Positions 19,505-28,430 of a stretch of DNA of 54,649 nucleotides are shown one piece after another; the stretch's first letter is position 1, and each line of letters begins with the position of its first letter. This stretch comes from Promethearchaeota archaeon (GTDB taxonomy: Archaea > Asgardarchaeota > Lokiarchaeia > Sigyniarchaeales > SOKP01). The stretch lies in assembly GCA_011364975.1 (NCBI GenBank), contig RDOE01000016.1:1-54649 (forward strand), written 5' to 3'. Under the pieces are notes generated by a model. That model saw only the letters and a program-made list of their open reading frames with translations, was not told the DNA's origin and ran no database searches. Made by a program: the position numbers and the translations under genes.

Positions 19505-20599
19505 ATGTCTTCTCAAAAGTTAAAAATTGGTATCTTAGGCGCTACAGGAATAGTAGGACAAAACTATATTAAATTATTGATCAACCATCCTTGGTTTGAT
19601 ATTGTAGATCTTGCGGCGTCACCTAATTCTGCAGGAAAAAGTTATGAAGAAGCTGTAAAAGATAAATGGCAAATGTCCACAAATATTCCAGAAAAAATTA
19701 AAGGTTTAATTGTTAGAGATGTTCAGGATTATAAAAATCTCCCCTCCGATTTAGATTTCGTATTTTCGGCAGTTAATATGCCTAGTAAAGATCAAATAAA
19801 GGAGGTAGAATTAAATTACGCAAAGAATGACATTCCTGTTGTAAGTAATAATTCTGCTCATCGATCAAGTCCAGATGTTCCAATGATAATAGGAGAGATT
19901 AATCATAATCATACAGATATAATAGGGATTCAAAAGAAACTAAGGGGTTTGTCAAAAGGATTTATCGTAGTAAAACCTAATTGTTCAATTCAGAGTTATA
20001 TGACTCCAATTTACGCACTAAAGGAAGCAGGTTATGAAGTGAATAAGTTAATCGTGACCACTCTCCAAGCAGTATCGGGTGCAGGTTATCCCGGCGTATC
20101 ATCGCTAGATATGATTGACAATATTGTGCCGTATATCGGTAGTGAAGAGGAAAAGACAGAAAACGAACCTTTAAAGATATTTGGAACTATTGGAGAAAAT
20201 GGAATTATAAATAGTACATCAATTGAAATTAGTGCCACTTGTACTCGTGTTCCTGTCAATGATGGGCATACCGCATGCACAAGTATTAAATTCAAGGATA
20301 AAATTCCTGAAAGAGATGAAATAATTGATATTTGGAGAAATTTTAAATCCTTACCGCAAAAATTAAATTTACCTTTTGCACCTATTCAACCAATAATATA
20401 TTTAGATAAAATTGATCGCCCACAACCCAAAAAAGATCGTGATAATGATAAGGGAATGGCAGTAACCGTTGGCAGACTAAGAAAAGATAACATATTTGAC
20501 TACAAATTTATAGGTTTAAGTCATAACACAATTCGAGGAGCTGCTGGAGGAGCAATTCTAAATGCCGAGATTCTGAAAGTTAAAGGATTCTTTGAATGA
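19505..20599 (+). CDS. asd: Aspartate-semialdehyde dehydrogenase (archaeal/fungal type)
   Basis: GATGIVGQ, PNCS, QAVSGAG, RVPVNDGH and HNTIRGAAG motifs. Confidence 0.96.
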   Translation: MSSQKLKIGILGATGIVGQNYIKLLINHPWFDIVDLAASPNSAGKSYEEAVKDKWQMSTNIPEKIKGLIVRDVQDYKNLPSDLDFVFSAVNMPSKDQIKEVELNYAKNDIPVVSNNSAHRSSPDVPMIIGEINHNHTDIIGIQKKLRGLSKGFIVVKPNCSIQSYMTPIYALKEAGYEVNKLIVTTLQAVSGAGYPGVSSLDMIDNIVPYIGSEEEKTENEPLKIFGTIGENGIINSTSIEISATCTRVPVNDGHTACTSIKFKDKIPERDEIIDIWRNFKSLPQKLNLPFAPIQPIIYLDKIDRPQPKKDRDNDKGMAVTVGRLRKDNIFDYKFIGLSHNTIRGAAGGAILNAEILKVKGFFE

Positions 20600-20680
20600 T
20601 AACACTAAAATTCATGTTTGTCTATCGAAATTGAAAGTAGATTTTTTAGAAGATCATATGACTTTTTTCTTTTAATTAAC

Positions 20681-22075
20681 CTATAGAAAGGGATCAAAGA
20701 TATTTAATTTATAGAAATTAACAATTAAACTTTCCAGTAAAAATTGAATTAATTGTTTATCAATCTTTATTATTAGTGAAATTGTCCCATATTCTTTTGA
20801 AGCATTAACTCTTAACTCTTCAAAAGAATTATCAATTTTTAAATTTAGTTCCACTGATTGGGGAATTTCGATGTTATTTACGAATCCATTCTCCATTTGA
20901 ACAACTAGAAGATTATATCGCGGAGAAGTTTTGTTTTCACGATCAGTGAGAAGTAGTAATATATTTCCTTGCATTCCCCCATAGGAATTAAAAATACTAA
21001 AGAAAAATTCAGGAATAGCCCAATGTGATAATTTTTGCAAATTTAGATCAAAACCAACTATTCTTAGTATAAATCGAATAAATCTATTATAAATAAGTGG
21101 TTTAGGGGAAATATTCCAATAATTTTGATAACTTCGGACTCCAAATAAAAACTTTTGAGAAATTAATTTTACTTTTTCCTGTGAAATTGGGAAGGAAGAC
21201 TCAATTATATCCATTAAAAAAGCAAGTAAAATATCTAATTGTAAATTGATAATATATTTAAGTTTTAAATCTGCTCGTATTTCGTCTAAATCAAGATCCT
21301 CACTTTCATGAATCTTAATCCAATTAACCGAAAGATTAGGATTATCATGTTTAGTATTTTGAGAATTTTTATTCATATTAAATAAGATGGGTGAGATGTT
21401 TGTTTTTAAAATGATACCTAAATCACTAAGAGGTAATACTTCTATGAGATAACGAACAATTTTAGAGAGGTTTAGATTTTTTAAAATATTGAATGCTTGT
21501 TTTAGAAAGTTGATAATTGGGGGATTTGGATAAAAAAATAATAAATCCTTTTTAACTAATATTTGAATTAAATCTAAAAATGATTCAATAACATCTAATA
21601 GAGTTAGTTTATCAAGATTTTCCATATGCCTGTTTATTAGGTCAAGGCCTCTTTTCTTGATTATTCGAAAATTTGTTATTTTAATCCCATGATTTTTGAA
21701 TACAGAATTTTGAATTTGATTAAGTATAAGTTCATTATTGTTTAAGTCTTTAAATTTTAATTTCAATTCATCTTTTTTTAACGCCTTAATGTTTTCATGA
21801 ATCCCCGGTTTGTTCATTTGATAAATGAATGCTCCAAGGACAATATTTTCGAGTTCATAATCAGAGATTATGATATCTATTACATTTAATTGATCATTGA
21901 TAAATTTCGGATATATTTCTTCAAATAAATAGTACAAAAGATAAGCATTTGTTTCGAACAAAGTCAAGGGAATTTTGATCTTATCCTCAACCTCAAGAGG
22001 ATTGTCAAGAATGTCCACTTTTGAACTGAAATCTAAAAATTTCTGCCAGTTTTTACTTAAATCCTTATTAATCAC
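20681..22075 (-). CDS. Hypothetical protein; possible frameshift near the 3' end
   Basis: Long ORF. Probable GTG start at 22075 overlaps the upstream TGA (GTGA) with GAGGAG upstream. An alternative frame continues to 20605. Confidence 0.65.
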   Translation of the reverse strand: MINKDLSKNWQKFLDFSSKVDILDNPLEVEDKIKIPLTLFETNAYLLYYLFEEIYPKFINDQLNVIDIIISDYELENIVLGAFIYQMNKPGIHENIKALKKDELKLKFKDLNNNELILNQIQNSVFKNHGIKITNFRIIKKRGLDLINRHMENLDKLTLLDVIESFLDLIQILVKKDLLFFYPNPPIINFLKQAFNILKNLNLSKIVRYLIEVLPLSDLGIILKTNISPILFNMNKNSQNTKHDNPNLSVNWIKIHESEDLDLDEIRADLKLKYIINLQLDILLAFLMDIIESSFPISQEKVKLISQKFLFGVRSYQNYWNISPKPLIYNRFIRFILRIVGFDLNLQKLSHWAIPEFFFSIFNSYGGMQGNILLLLTDRENKTSPRYNLLVVQMENGFVNNIEIPQSVELNLKIDNSFEELRVNASKEYGTISLIIKIDKQLIQFLLESLIVNFYKLNIFDPFL

Positions 22076-23475
22076 TTTGAAATCTCCTCTAACTTTTTTT
22101 CTTGTAAATAAGTTTTGAACATATCTAAATAAAAATTTCCGCTTGGGCAAGTTTTCTTTCCATAATATTTTATAAAAGAAGAGAGACAATCATAAAAATT
22201 TGGTGGACATCCAGGAAGTTCTAATATACTTTTATTATCCTTTTCTTTTAATTTGGGTTTTTTATCTAGAATCTCCTTTTTCTTAGATATGAATTGAGGT
22301 TTGTTTAACAATTTTTTTTCTTTAATTATGATTCTCCTAAATTCTCGGTTTTTACTACTATTTATAGCACAATCCCCAAAAACTATAACATTTTCATTAG
22401 ATTCTGGCTCTGGAGGATTTTTCCCTATTAAAAATGATTGAGTTATAATATATTTTAAATCTTTTACCATTGCCGTCCGTAAAAAATTTAAAAACCTATA
22501 TGCTTCCATAAAACAACCAGTGCAGTATTGCCCAGTTATTATATCTGTGTTGATCACCGGAATATCTTCCAAATTTGAAACAGTTAATTCGACATTAATC
22601 TTGTTCTCCTCAATATTTTCTCCAATTAGTTGGATATCTTCCATAGTTGAAATCCCAAATTTTCTAAAACGAGCTTCTGAGGTAAGTGAATTTTTTAAAA
22701 AGTCAAGGTTCAGCAACCCTAAAGTTACTATATCTACAGCAAGTATATTTTTTCCTACAACCATCAAATTGACTTTCCTTAGATTAGAATCTTTAAATAT
22801 AAATGGCCCTACTTTTTCGAGTAAATAAAAAAGATCGTTAATTACTAAATCGGGTTTCCTTATTTCATATACATTTAAAAGATTTGTTATTAAATCATGT
22901 TTAAATTGATCCGAAGAAAAATAATCTTTTTCTTCCTGTCCTCCTTTCTCAGCATTTTGTAAATCTTGTATTACCATAGAATAAGAATTAAGTAATGATA
23001 AATTAATCTGAAAAATAGGATGTACATTCACTTGATTTAAGAAAAAGAGTTTATCACAATTCATAATAATTTTTGGAATTTTTATATAATTTCCTTCAAC
23101 TTCCTTGATAACATATTCAACATCTTCTTGAAATACATGGAATTCAGCCCCTAAAGATTCAATTAAGTGCTTAAAACCTAATAACTCATCAAAAGAGGAC
23201 ACACTTATATCTTCATCCGCATAGCTACCAACAATTACTTTTTTAGCTCCAGCAGTTTTACATAAGGAGATTAACTCTGTTAGCGTATCAAAATTAAAAT
23301 TAACCGGGAATAGTTCTGGAACTCTTAAATAAGCTTTAATAAAGATTGTTTCGCCCTTATTAATAAAGTTAGAGATTCCGCCTAATTTTTCAATACCATT
23401 TTTTATAGTTTCTTGTGGATTGTCGCCTTTTGCTATTGCTACTAGATTGTTTTTATTTTTGGTCTTCTCATTCAT
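22072..23475 (-). CDS. DUF362 domain Fe-S protein
   Basis: LGGISNFINKGETIFIK start, KPDLVIND and LAVDIV; C-terminal CTGC, GDCA and GCPP. Confidence 0.75.
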   Translation of the reverse strand: MNEKTKNKNNLVAIAKGDNPQETIKNGIEKLGGISNFINKGETIFIKAYLRVPELFPVNFNFDTLTELISLCKTAGAKKVIVGSYADEDISVSSFDELLGFKHLIESLGAEFHVFQEDVEYVIKEVEGNYIKIPKIIMNCDKLFFLNQVNVHPIFQINLSLLNSYSMVIQDLQNAEKGGQEEKDYFSSDQFKHDLITNLLNVYEIRKPDLVINDLFYLLEKVGPFIFKDSNLRKVNLMVVGKNILAVDIVTLGLLNLDFLKNSLTSEARFRKFGISTMEDIQLIGENIEENKINVELTVSNLEDIPVINTDIITGQYCTGCFMEAYRFLNFLRTAMVKDLKYIITQSFLIGKNPPEPESNENVIVFGDCAINSSKNREFRRIIIKEKKLLNKPQFISKKKEILDKKPKLKEKDNKSILELPGCPPNFYDCLSSFIKYYGKKTCPSGNFYLDMFKTYLQEKKLEEISK

Positions 23476-23532
23476 TACAAAATATTAAAATTAATTTATT
23501 AAATAAACTTTTATTAATTCACTCGAAGGTGG

Positions 23533-24426
23533 TTGAGATTGCTGGAAAAAAATGTTATAAAATTAAAATTAGAGGAGGATCAAATTAAATTCCCCTCTCA
23601 CATATTAGGATTGGATATCGGGCAAAGTTTATCTAAAATAGTTTTTACTGAAAATGATGATCTGGTTCTTTCAATTGTAAATACGGACATTGGAATCGAA
23701 GAGATTGAAAAATATATTAACTCATTTAAAAAAAGTATCAAAAAGATAAATTTTACGGGAGGGAGGGCTTTTAATTTATTTTTGCAGTATAAAGATACAT
23801 TTGAATCTGTTTTAATTAATGAATTTGAAGCTAACATTAATGGATTGAATTTCTTACATTTATTCCAAAAAAAGAAAGTATTACCCCCTTCAATTGTAGT
23901 GACTATCGGTACAGGAACTTCCATGGTTTTAAAAAAAGCGAAATTTGAACATATTGGTGGAAGTGCATTAGGGGGAGGATTCTTTATGGGGATTACTAGA
24001 TTACTATACGAGATAACAGATTATCAAGAAGCAATAAAATTAGCTAATACCGGAAATCGTTATAATATAGATCTAAAAGTGGCAGATATTTACGATAAAT
24101 TAGATCCCAGAGTTAATTTATTATTTAGAGAATTCACAGCAGCGTCTCTAGGAAAAATAAATTCTGAATTAGAGTTAAACAATTTTAAAAAGGAAGATAT
24201 ACTTAGCGCTATTAATGCTGCAATCGCAGAAAATGTTGGCACTATTGCTATTTCACTAGCAGATCATAATGATATACCAAATATCGTTTTTTGTGGAGGA
24301 TATCTCATAAATAACAAAGCTTTCAAGCAAATTTTATCATTGTTATGTAAAATTAAAAACAAGAAAGCAATATTTCTTAATTATTCTGAATATGCGGGAG
24401 CTTTAGGTGCTTTAATATCGAATTGA
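23533..24426 (+). CDS. Type II (eukaryote/CoaW-like) pantothenate kinase
   Basis: GLDIGQSLSK, TGGRA, NEF, IGTGTS, GGSALGGG, DLKVADIY, AASLGK and YAGALGAL motifs. Confidence 0.88.
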   Translation: MRLLEKNVIKLKLEEDQIKFPSHILGLDIGQSLSKIVFTENDDLVLSIVNTDIGIEEIEKYINSFKKSIKKINFTGGRAFNLFLQYKDTFESVLINEFEANINGLNFLHLFQKKKVLPPSIVVTIGTGTSMVLKKAKFEHIGGSALGGGFFMGITRLLYEITDYQEAIKLANTGNRYNIDLKVADIYDKLDPRVNLLFREFTAASLGKINSELELNNFKKEDILSAINAAIAENVGTIAISLADHNDIPNIVFCGGYLINNKAFKQILSLLCKIKNKKAIFLNYSEYAGALGALISN

Positions 24427-24444
24427 TTAAGTATTGAGTGCTAA

Positions 24445-24526
24445 TATTGTGTGCCCATTTGGAGATATCTATTCATAGAATTCTTAATAATTTTAAAACC
24501 TCATAGATACACTATAAATGGGCACA
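24445..24526 (-). ncRNA. Box H/ACA pseudouridylation guide sRNA (single hairpin with K-turn)
   Basis: GUGCCCAUUU-AUAGU-GUAUCUAU-GA-GGUUUUAAAAUUAUUAAGAAUUC-UAU-GA-AUAGAUAU-CUCC-AAAUGGGCAC-ACA: lower stem, pocket, 8-bp upper stem, K-turn, and ACA (24450-24448) 14 nt from the top of the pocket. Confidence 0.8.
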
Positions 24527-24565
24527 AAAATAGTAGGCAAAAAGAGAATTTAAAATTTTGCTATT

Positions 24566-25219
24566 TTAAATTGCTTCTGAATGTCTTTTTAACAGATCTT
24601 CATTAGTTCTTCCAGATTTTACAGCTAATTCTGCAATTATCGCATCTAAATAGGTGAATGCTACTTGTTCGAATGCAGTACCTTCTGGTGTAAGTAACGC
24701 AGTATCATCATTAAGATCAATTTTATCTCTTTTAGTTCGTCCCTTTAATTTTATAGTAACATCTCCAATTCTTCCAATAATAGTTTCTGGGTGAGATGTA
24801 ATAGACACTATTCCATAAGGCTTTACAGAATTAACATAACTTTTAAGTAAACTTACGACTATAGCGGTGGTTCCTGAACCGGAAAGTACAATAAGGATAT
24901 CATTCCTCGTAAGAGATGGAATGCTTGCTAAGTTTGTCACAAGGTATACATCTGCACCTAAATGCACTAATCTCGTAGCAAAACATTGTAATATGAAGGC
25001 AGAACGTCCACTAGCCAGTAAGAAAAACTTTCTCTTATTTACTAATCCATCATAAAGAAGCTCAATAAATTTTTGAGTGTGTTTGAAATATTTTGGTTTG
25101 CTTAGGTGTTCCATATTTTGCTTAAGATTATTCATTATCAATTCCATCGATTGAAATAATATCTCCTTGGTTTTGCCATTTAATTTTCCTTCTTCTTTTG
25201 CTTGATCAGCCATAATCAC
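24566..25219 (-). CDS. hxlB: 6-phospho-3-hexuloisomerase (SIS domain)
   Basis: SGRS...FATRLVHLG, LSGSGTT, PEGTAFE and terminal RH motifs. Confidence 0.85.
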   Translation of the reverse strand: MIMADQAKEEGKLNGKTKEILFQSMELIMNNLKQNMEHLSKPKYFKHTQKFIELLYDGLVNKRKFFLLASGRSAFILQCFATRLVHLGADVYLVTNLASIPSLTRNDILIVLSGSGTTAIVVSLLKSYVNSVKPYGIVSITSHPETIIGRIGDVTIKLKGRTKRDKIDLNDDTALLTPEGTAFEQVAFTYLDAIIAELAVKSGRTNEDLLKRHSEAI

Positions 25220-25377
25220 TCAAATCAAAACTTTTGATTACATGTATCAATAAGAATCTATTTTAAAAATACATTATGGTTAATAATTATTGATCGATAA
25301 TTACTTTAAATTCTAGTTATCAAGCGATTAATCTTTTAAACATGTAAAAAGAAGATAATTGGAGATGTTCCTAAAAC

Positions 25378-26091
25378 TCATTTTTTACTTTTTAACCAAC
25401 CATTTTCAAGCCAGATTGGAATAACACCAGCAAAATGTTCAGGGCTATTTTTCAATACTCTACTTAATAAGTGTTTTCTTAGAAAATTTATCCACCAATA
25501 AGTAAACCCTCTCGGATTACTATCTTGTTCTATCTTTTTAACTAATTTTTTTCCTAACATATGGGCTCTTTTTGGTAATTTTTTATTATAATGGTCGATT
25601 AATGGTTGGTATCCTTTTTTTAAGGTAGCCGTTTTAACCCCAATTATTCCAACTCGTCTTCCAAAAAAATTACCTAGATTTTTTGCTAATCTTTTGGTGG
25701 GAGCTATCCCACTAGTTGTAACCCCAACAGTTTTTTGTTTATTAAATATATTAGAATAAAGTTTAAAGAGAGTTAATCTATCTAAAAAAGTTTTAAGTTG
25801 AGCAGTTGGTTCTCCCGAATATACAGGAGAACCAACTACTATACCATCTGAATTATTCATTTTCTCATAGACCTGACTTAATTCATCGTTGATAATGCAC
25901 TTCCCCGTTTGAAGGCAGGTATGACATCCCTGACAATATTGAATATTGTGATCTCTGATATGGATTAATTCAACTTCAGCCCCCGCTTCATGACATCCTT
26001 CCAAAACCCACTTCATTAAGGTGACGGTATTACCATTCTTTTTAGGGCTTCCATTTAAAGCCGTAATCTTGATTTTTTTTTGGATAGTCAA
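25378..26091 (-). CDS. Flavodoxin-fold iron-sulfur flavoprotein / FMN reductase family
   Basis: GSPKKNGNT, CQGCHTC-x5-C and GSPVY...QLKTFLDR motifs. Confidence 0.88.
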   Translation of the reverse strand: MTIQKKIKITALNGSPKKNGNTVTLMKWVLEGCHEAGAEVELIHIRDHNIQYCQGCHTCLQTGKCIINDELSQVYEKMNNSDGIVVGSPVYSGEPTAQLKTFLDRLTLFKLYSNIFNKQKTVGVTTSGIAPTKRLAKNLGNFFGRRVGIIGVKTATLKKGYQPLIDHYNKKLPKRAHMLGKKLVKKIEQDSNPRGFTYWWINFLRKHLLSRVLKNSPEHFAGVIPIWLENGWLKSKK

Positions 26092-26299
26092 ATAAGATCA
26101 TGCGTTCCGTTTCCTAATCTAATAAAAAATCAAATAATATTATAAATAAAATTGAGACCAATTATTATCATAATAATTGATTACCCCAAAATAAGAATAA
26201 TTGTAACTTAAATTACTATTAAATTTTAATGGTAAGAAAATAAGAAAATAAAAAAAGAAAAAAAGTTAAAATTTAGCCCAATCTGATATGATACTTGGT

Positions 26300-26518
26300 T
26301 TATTTATATTTTAATGCGAGGAGTAGATCGTTCTTGGTGATCTTCTTTCTGTTAGCATGCATGGTAAATGCTCGAGCCTGTTCGGTTAAACCAGAGGCTG
26401 TCTTTTCAAGATGATCAATTAGTAAATCTACTGCATTTCGGGCAACTATTGAAGCACCTTGTTGCTTCATTAATCGCCTGATTGGACTCCAGGCAAAAGA
26501 ATGTTTCTTTTTAGCCAT
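26300..26518 (-). CDS. Archaeal histone (HMf family)
   Basis: PIRRLMKQQGA...HANRKKITKNDL histone fold; GGAGG SD upstream. Confidence 0.93.
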   Translation of the reverse strand: MAKKKHSFAWSPIRRLMKQQGASIVARNAVDLLIDHLEKTASGLTEQARAFTMHANRKKITKNDLLLALKYK

Positions 26519-26624
26519 TTTTTATTCCTCCACTTTTTTGTTAATTAAATTTCGAAACTTAATTGTTTTTAATTTTTTTTTAATTATTAATAGAGTTTCT
26601 TAGATAATAATATATCCGAAGAGT

Positions 26625-26639
26625 TATTTAAATCTTGCG
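26625..26639 (-). promoter_or_regulatory. Probable BRE-TATA promoter of the histone gene
   Basis: Minus strand CGCAAGA-TTTAAATA about 107 nt upstream of the ATG. Confidence 0.45.
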
Positions 26640-27485
26640 ACAAGTTGAGATAAATTTGAGTAATTAAGTGCAAAAAAATGTACGACAAAAAATTTAGGAT
26701 TTAATTAAAGGTCGATCATCACTGATCATGCAATGGTTGATCAATCGAAAACTTTGATTTAATTTTTTTAGGGTAAAAATTATTCAAATTATAATTAAGG
26801 ATAAAAGATGGTTTAGATGGTTATTTTTATCATAGAATGGGGAATTAAAAAATTTTAAAGTGAAGTCAATCATTCCCAACTAGTATCATATCATTCCTTG
26901 GATGATCATCACTAATAAGTCATGACTGACCTAACTAGTAAAAATTAATTTTAACTTAGTCATTGCATCAATCATATCAAAATGAAAAACAGTAACTTTT
27001 TATGGTCAATGGAAGTTGTTTATTTTTATTACATTCCAATAAAAGTATGTCTTTGCTGGAATTGAACTATAATTTTTAACCCGGTTATTCTAAAAATATA
27101 TTATATCATAACAACAAAAAACCGTTAAAGTTAGAATTTTTGTTTAGAATAAACATCTATTGATTTTATTTGCTCGATTATATGTGGCTTCTTGAGTTTC
27201 CAAATTTTTTTAATTTATTTACATTTACCTTGTTTAGAGGGTCAATTTTCGAGTAAAAATGCTAAAATATTAATCTCCCAATTCTCCCAATTTAATTATA
27301 TTTAGAGGTATATTCCTTTACTTTAAGCCAAAAAATCTTAATTAATTTAGGACAGAAATTAAAGAAAATGGTAACTTAGAGGTAAGAAATTATAATTTAA
27401 AACACAAATTTTAATTAATTTTTATTATTTTATTCTAATAAAATAATTCAATAAATAATCAAACTTATTGTAAAAAGGTTTAATC

Positions 27486-28106
27486 ATGAGTGAACAGCAG
27501 ATTATGGTTCCAGGAGCTACGGGGGTAGCCATCAAATGTAAAGATGGAGTGGTGCTAGGAAATGATAGAAGAGCGACTTGGGGGTATACGGTTACAAATA
27601 AGAAGACTCAAAAGGTATTTAAGATCACGGAGAATATAGGAATTACCTGTTACGGATTAATCGGTGATTTTCAGATATTAATAAAGATCCTCCGAGCACA
27701 AGCAGCATTATATGAATTAGATGCGAAAGAATCTATTTCTACGAGGAGCATGGCAAAGTTAGTTTCAAATTATCTTTATTCACGAAAAATGGCCCCCTTA
27801 TATACTAATTTAGTAATTGCAGGGGTTGACAAAGATGGACCTCAATTGTATACCTTGGATGCGTTAGGATCTTTAATTCCAGAAGATTATGGAACAACTG
27901 GTACGGGAATGTTATTATCTATTGGTATATTAGAAGCGGATTATAAACCCGAAATGACAATAGCTCAGGGCGTTAAATTGGTTGAGAAAGCAATTAGAAA
28001 TTCCATCAAACGAGATGCTATGTCTGGAAATGGAATTGACATCCTAATTATCAAAAAAGATGGTGCTGAAGAGAAGCACATCGAAATTGATGAGTTAGGA
28101 GAATAG
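27486..28106 (+). CDS. psmB: Proteasome beta subunit (probably non-catalytic paralog)
   Basis: GVVLGNDRRAT, KVFKI, LVIAGVDKDGPQLYTLDALGS and RDAMSGNGI motifs. N-terminus is G-ATG rather than G-TTT. Confidence 0.93.
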   Translation: MSEQQIMVPGATGVAIKCKDGVVLGNDRRATWGYTVTNKKTQKVFKITENIGITCYGLIGDFQILIKILRAQAALYELDAKESISTRSMAKLVSNYLYSRKMAPLYTNLVIAGVDKDGPQLYTLDALGSLIPEDYGTTGTGMLLSIGILEADYKPEMTIAQGVKLVEKAIRNSIKRDAMSGNGIDILIIKKDGAEEKHIEIDELGE

Positions 28107-28430
28107 ATTCACAAATCTTTTTAGATTGGCTTTTAACATTTTAAAATAACATTAATGAACTCAATAAGAGTTAATTGAGAAGTGTTTGGTTTTTTATACT
28201 AAAATAGATGGACCTTATAGGTTGATTGTTGCGAATTAGGAGCCCATCTTAATAGGAATTTGTAGATTAAAATATTATTATAACTAAAGGATTATACAAG
28301 TTGAATTTTTATTAAATGATTCTTTTTTTTACATGTTAGTATATCTAATTTTTAATGGTGTTTCACATTGCGCTTAATTGATAACACTTTCGATGGTCAT
28401 AGAGAAGTAAGGGGATATAATAAAGAAGAA

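Noticed and set aside
24450-24526. Second SECIS, MITE or terminator reading of the inverted repeat
   Set aside because: The neighbouring genes have no in-frame TGA, no target-site duplication was seen and the helix above the core does not fit SECIS. The H/ACA model explains every element.
26519-27485. Replication origin
   Set aside because: No recognisable ORB boxes and no orc1/cdc6 nearby; AT-richness alone is insufficient.
28205-28249. Imperfect hairpin AGATGG...CCATCT downstream of psmB
   Set aside because: Only a 6-bp outer stem; no convincing K-turn, ACA or C/D boxes.
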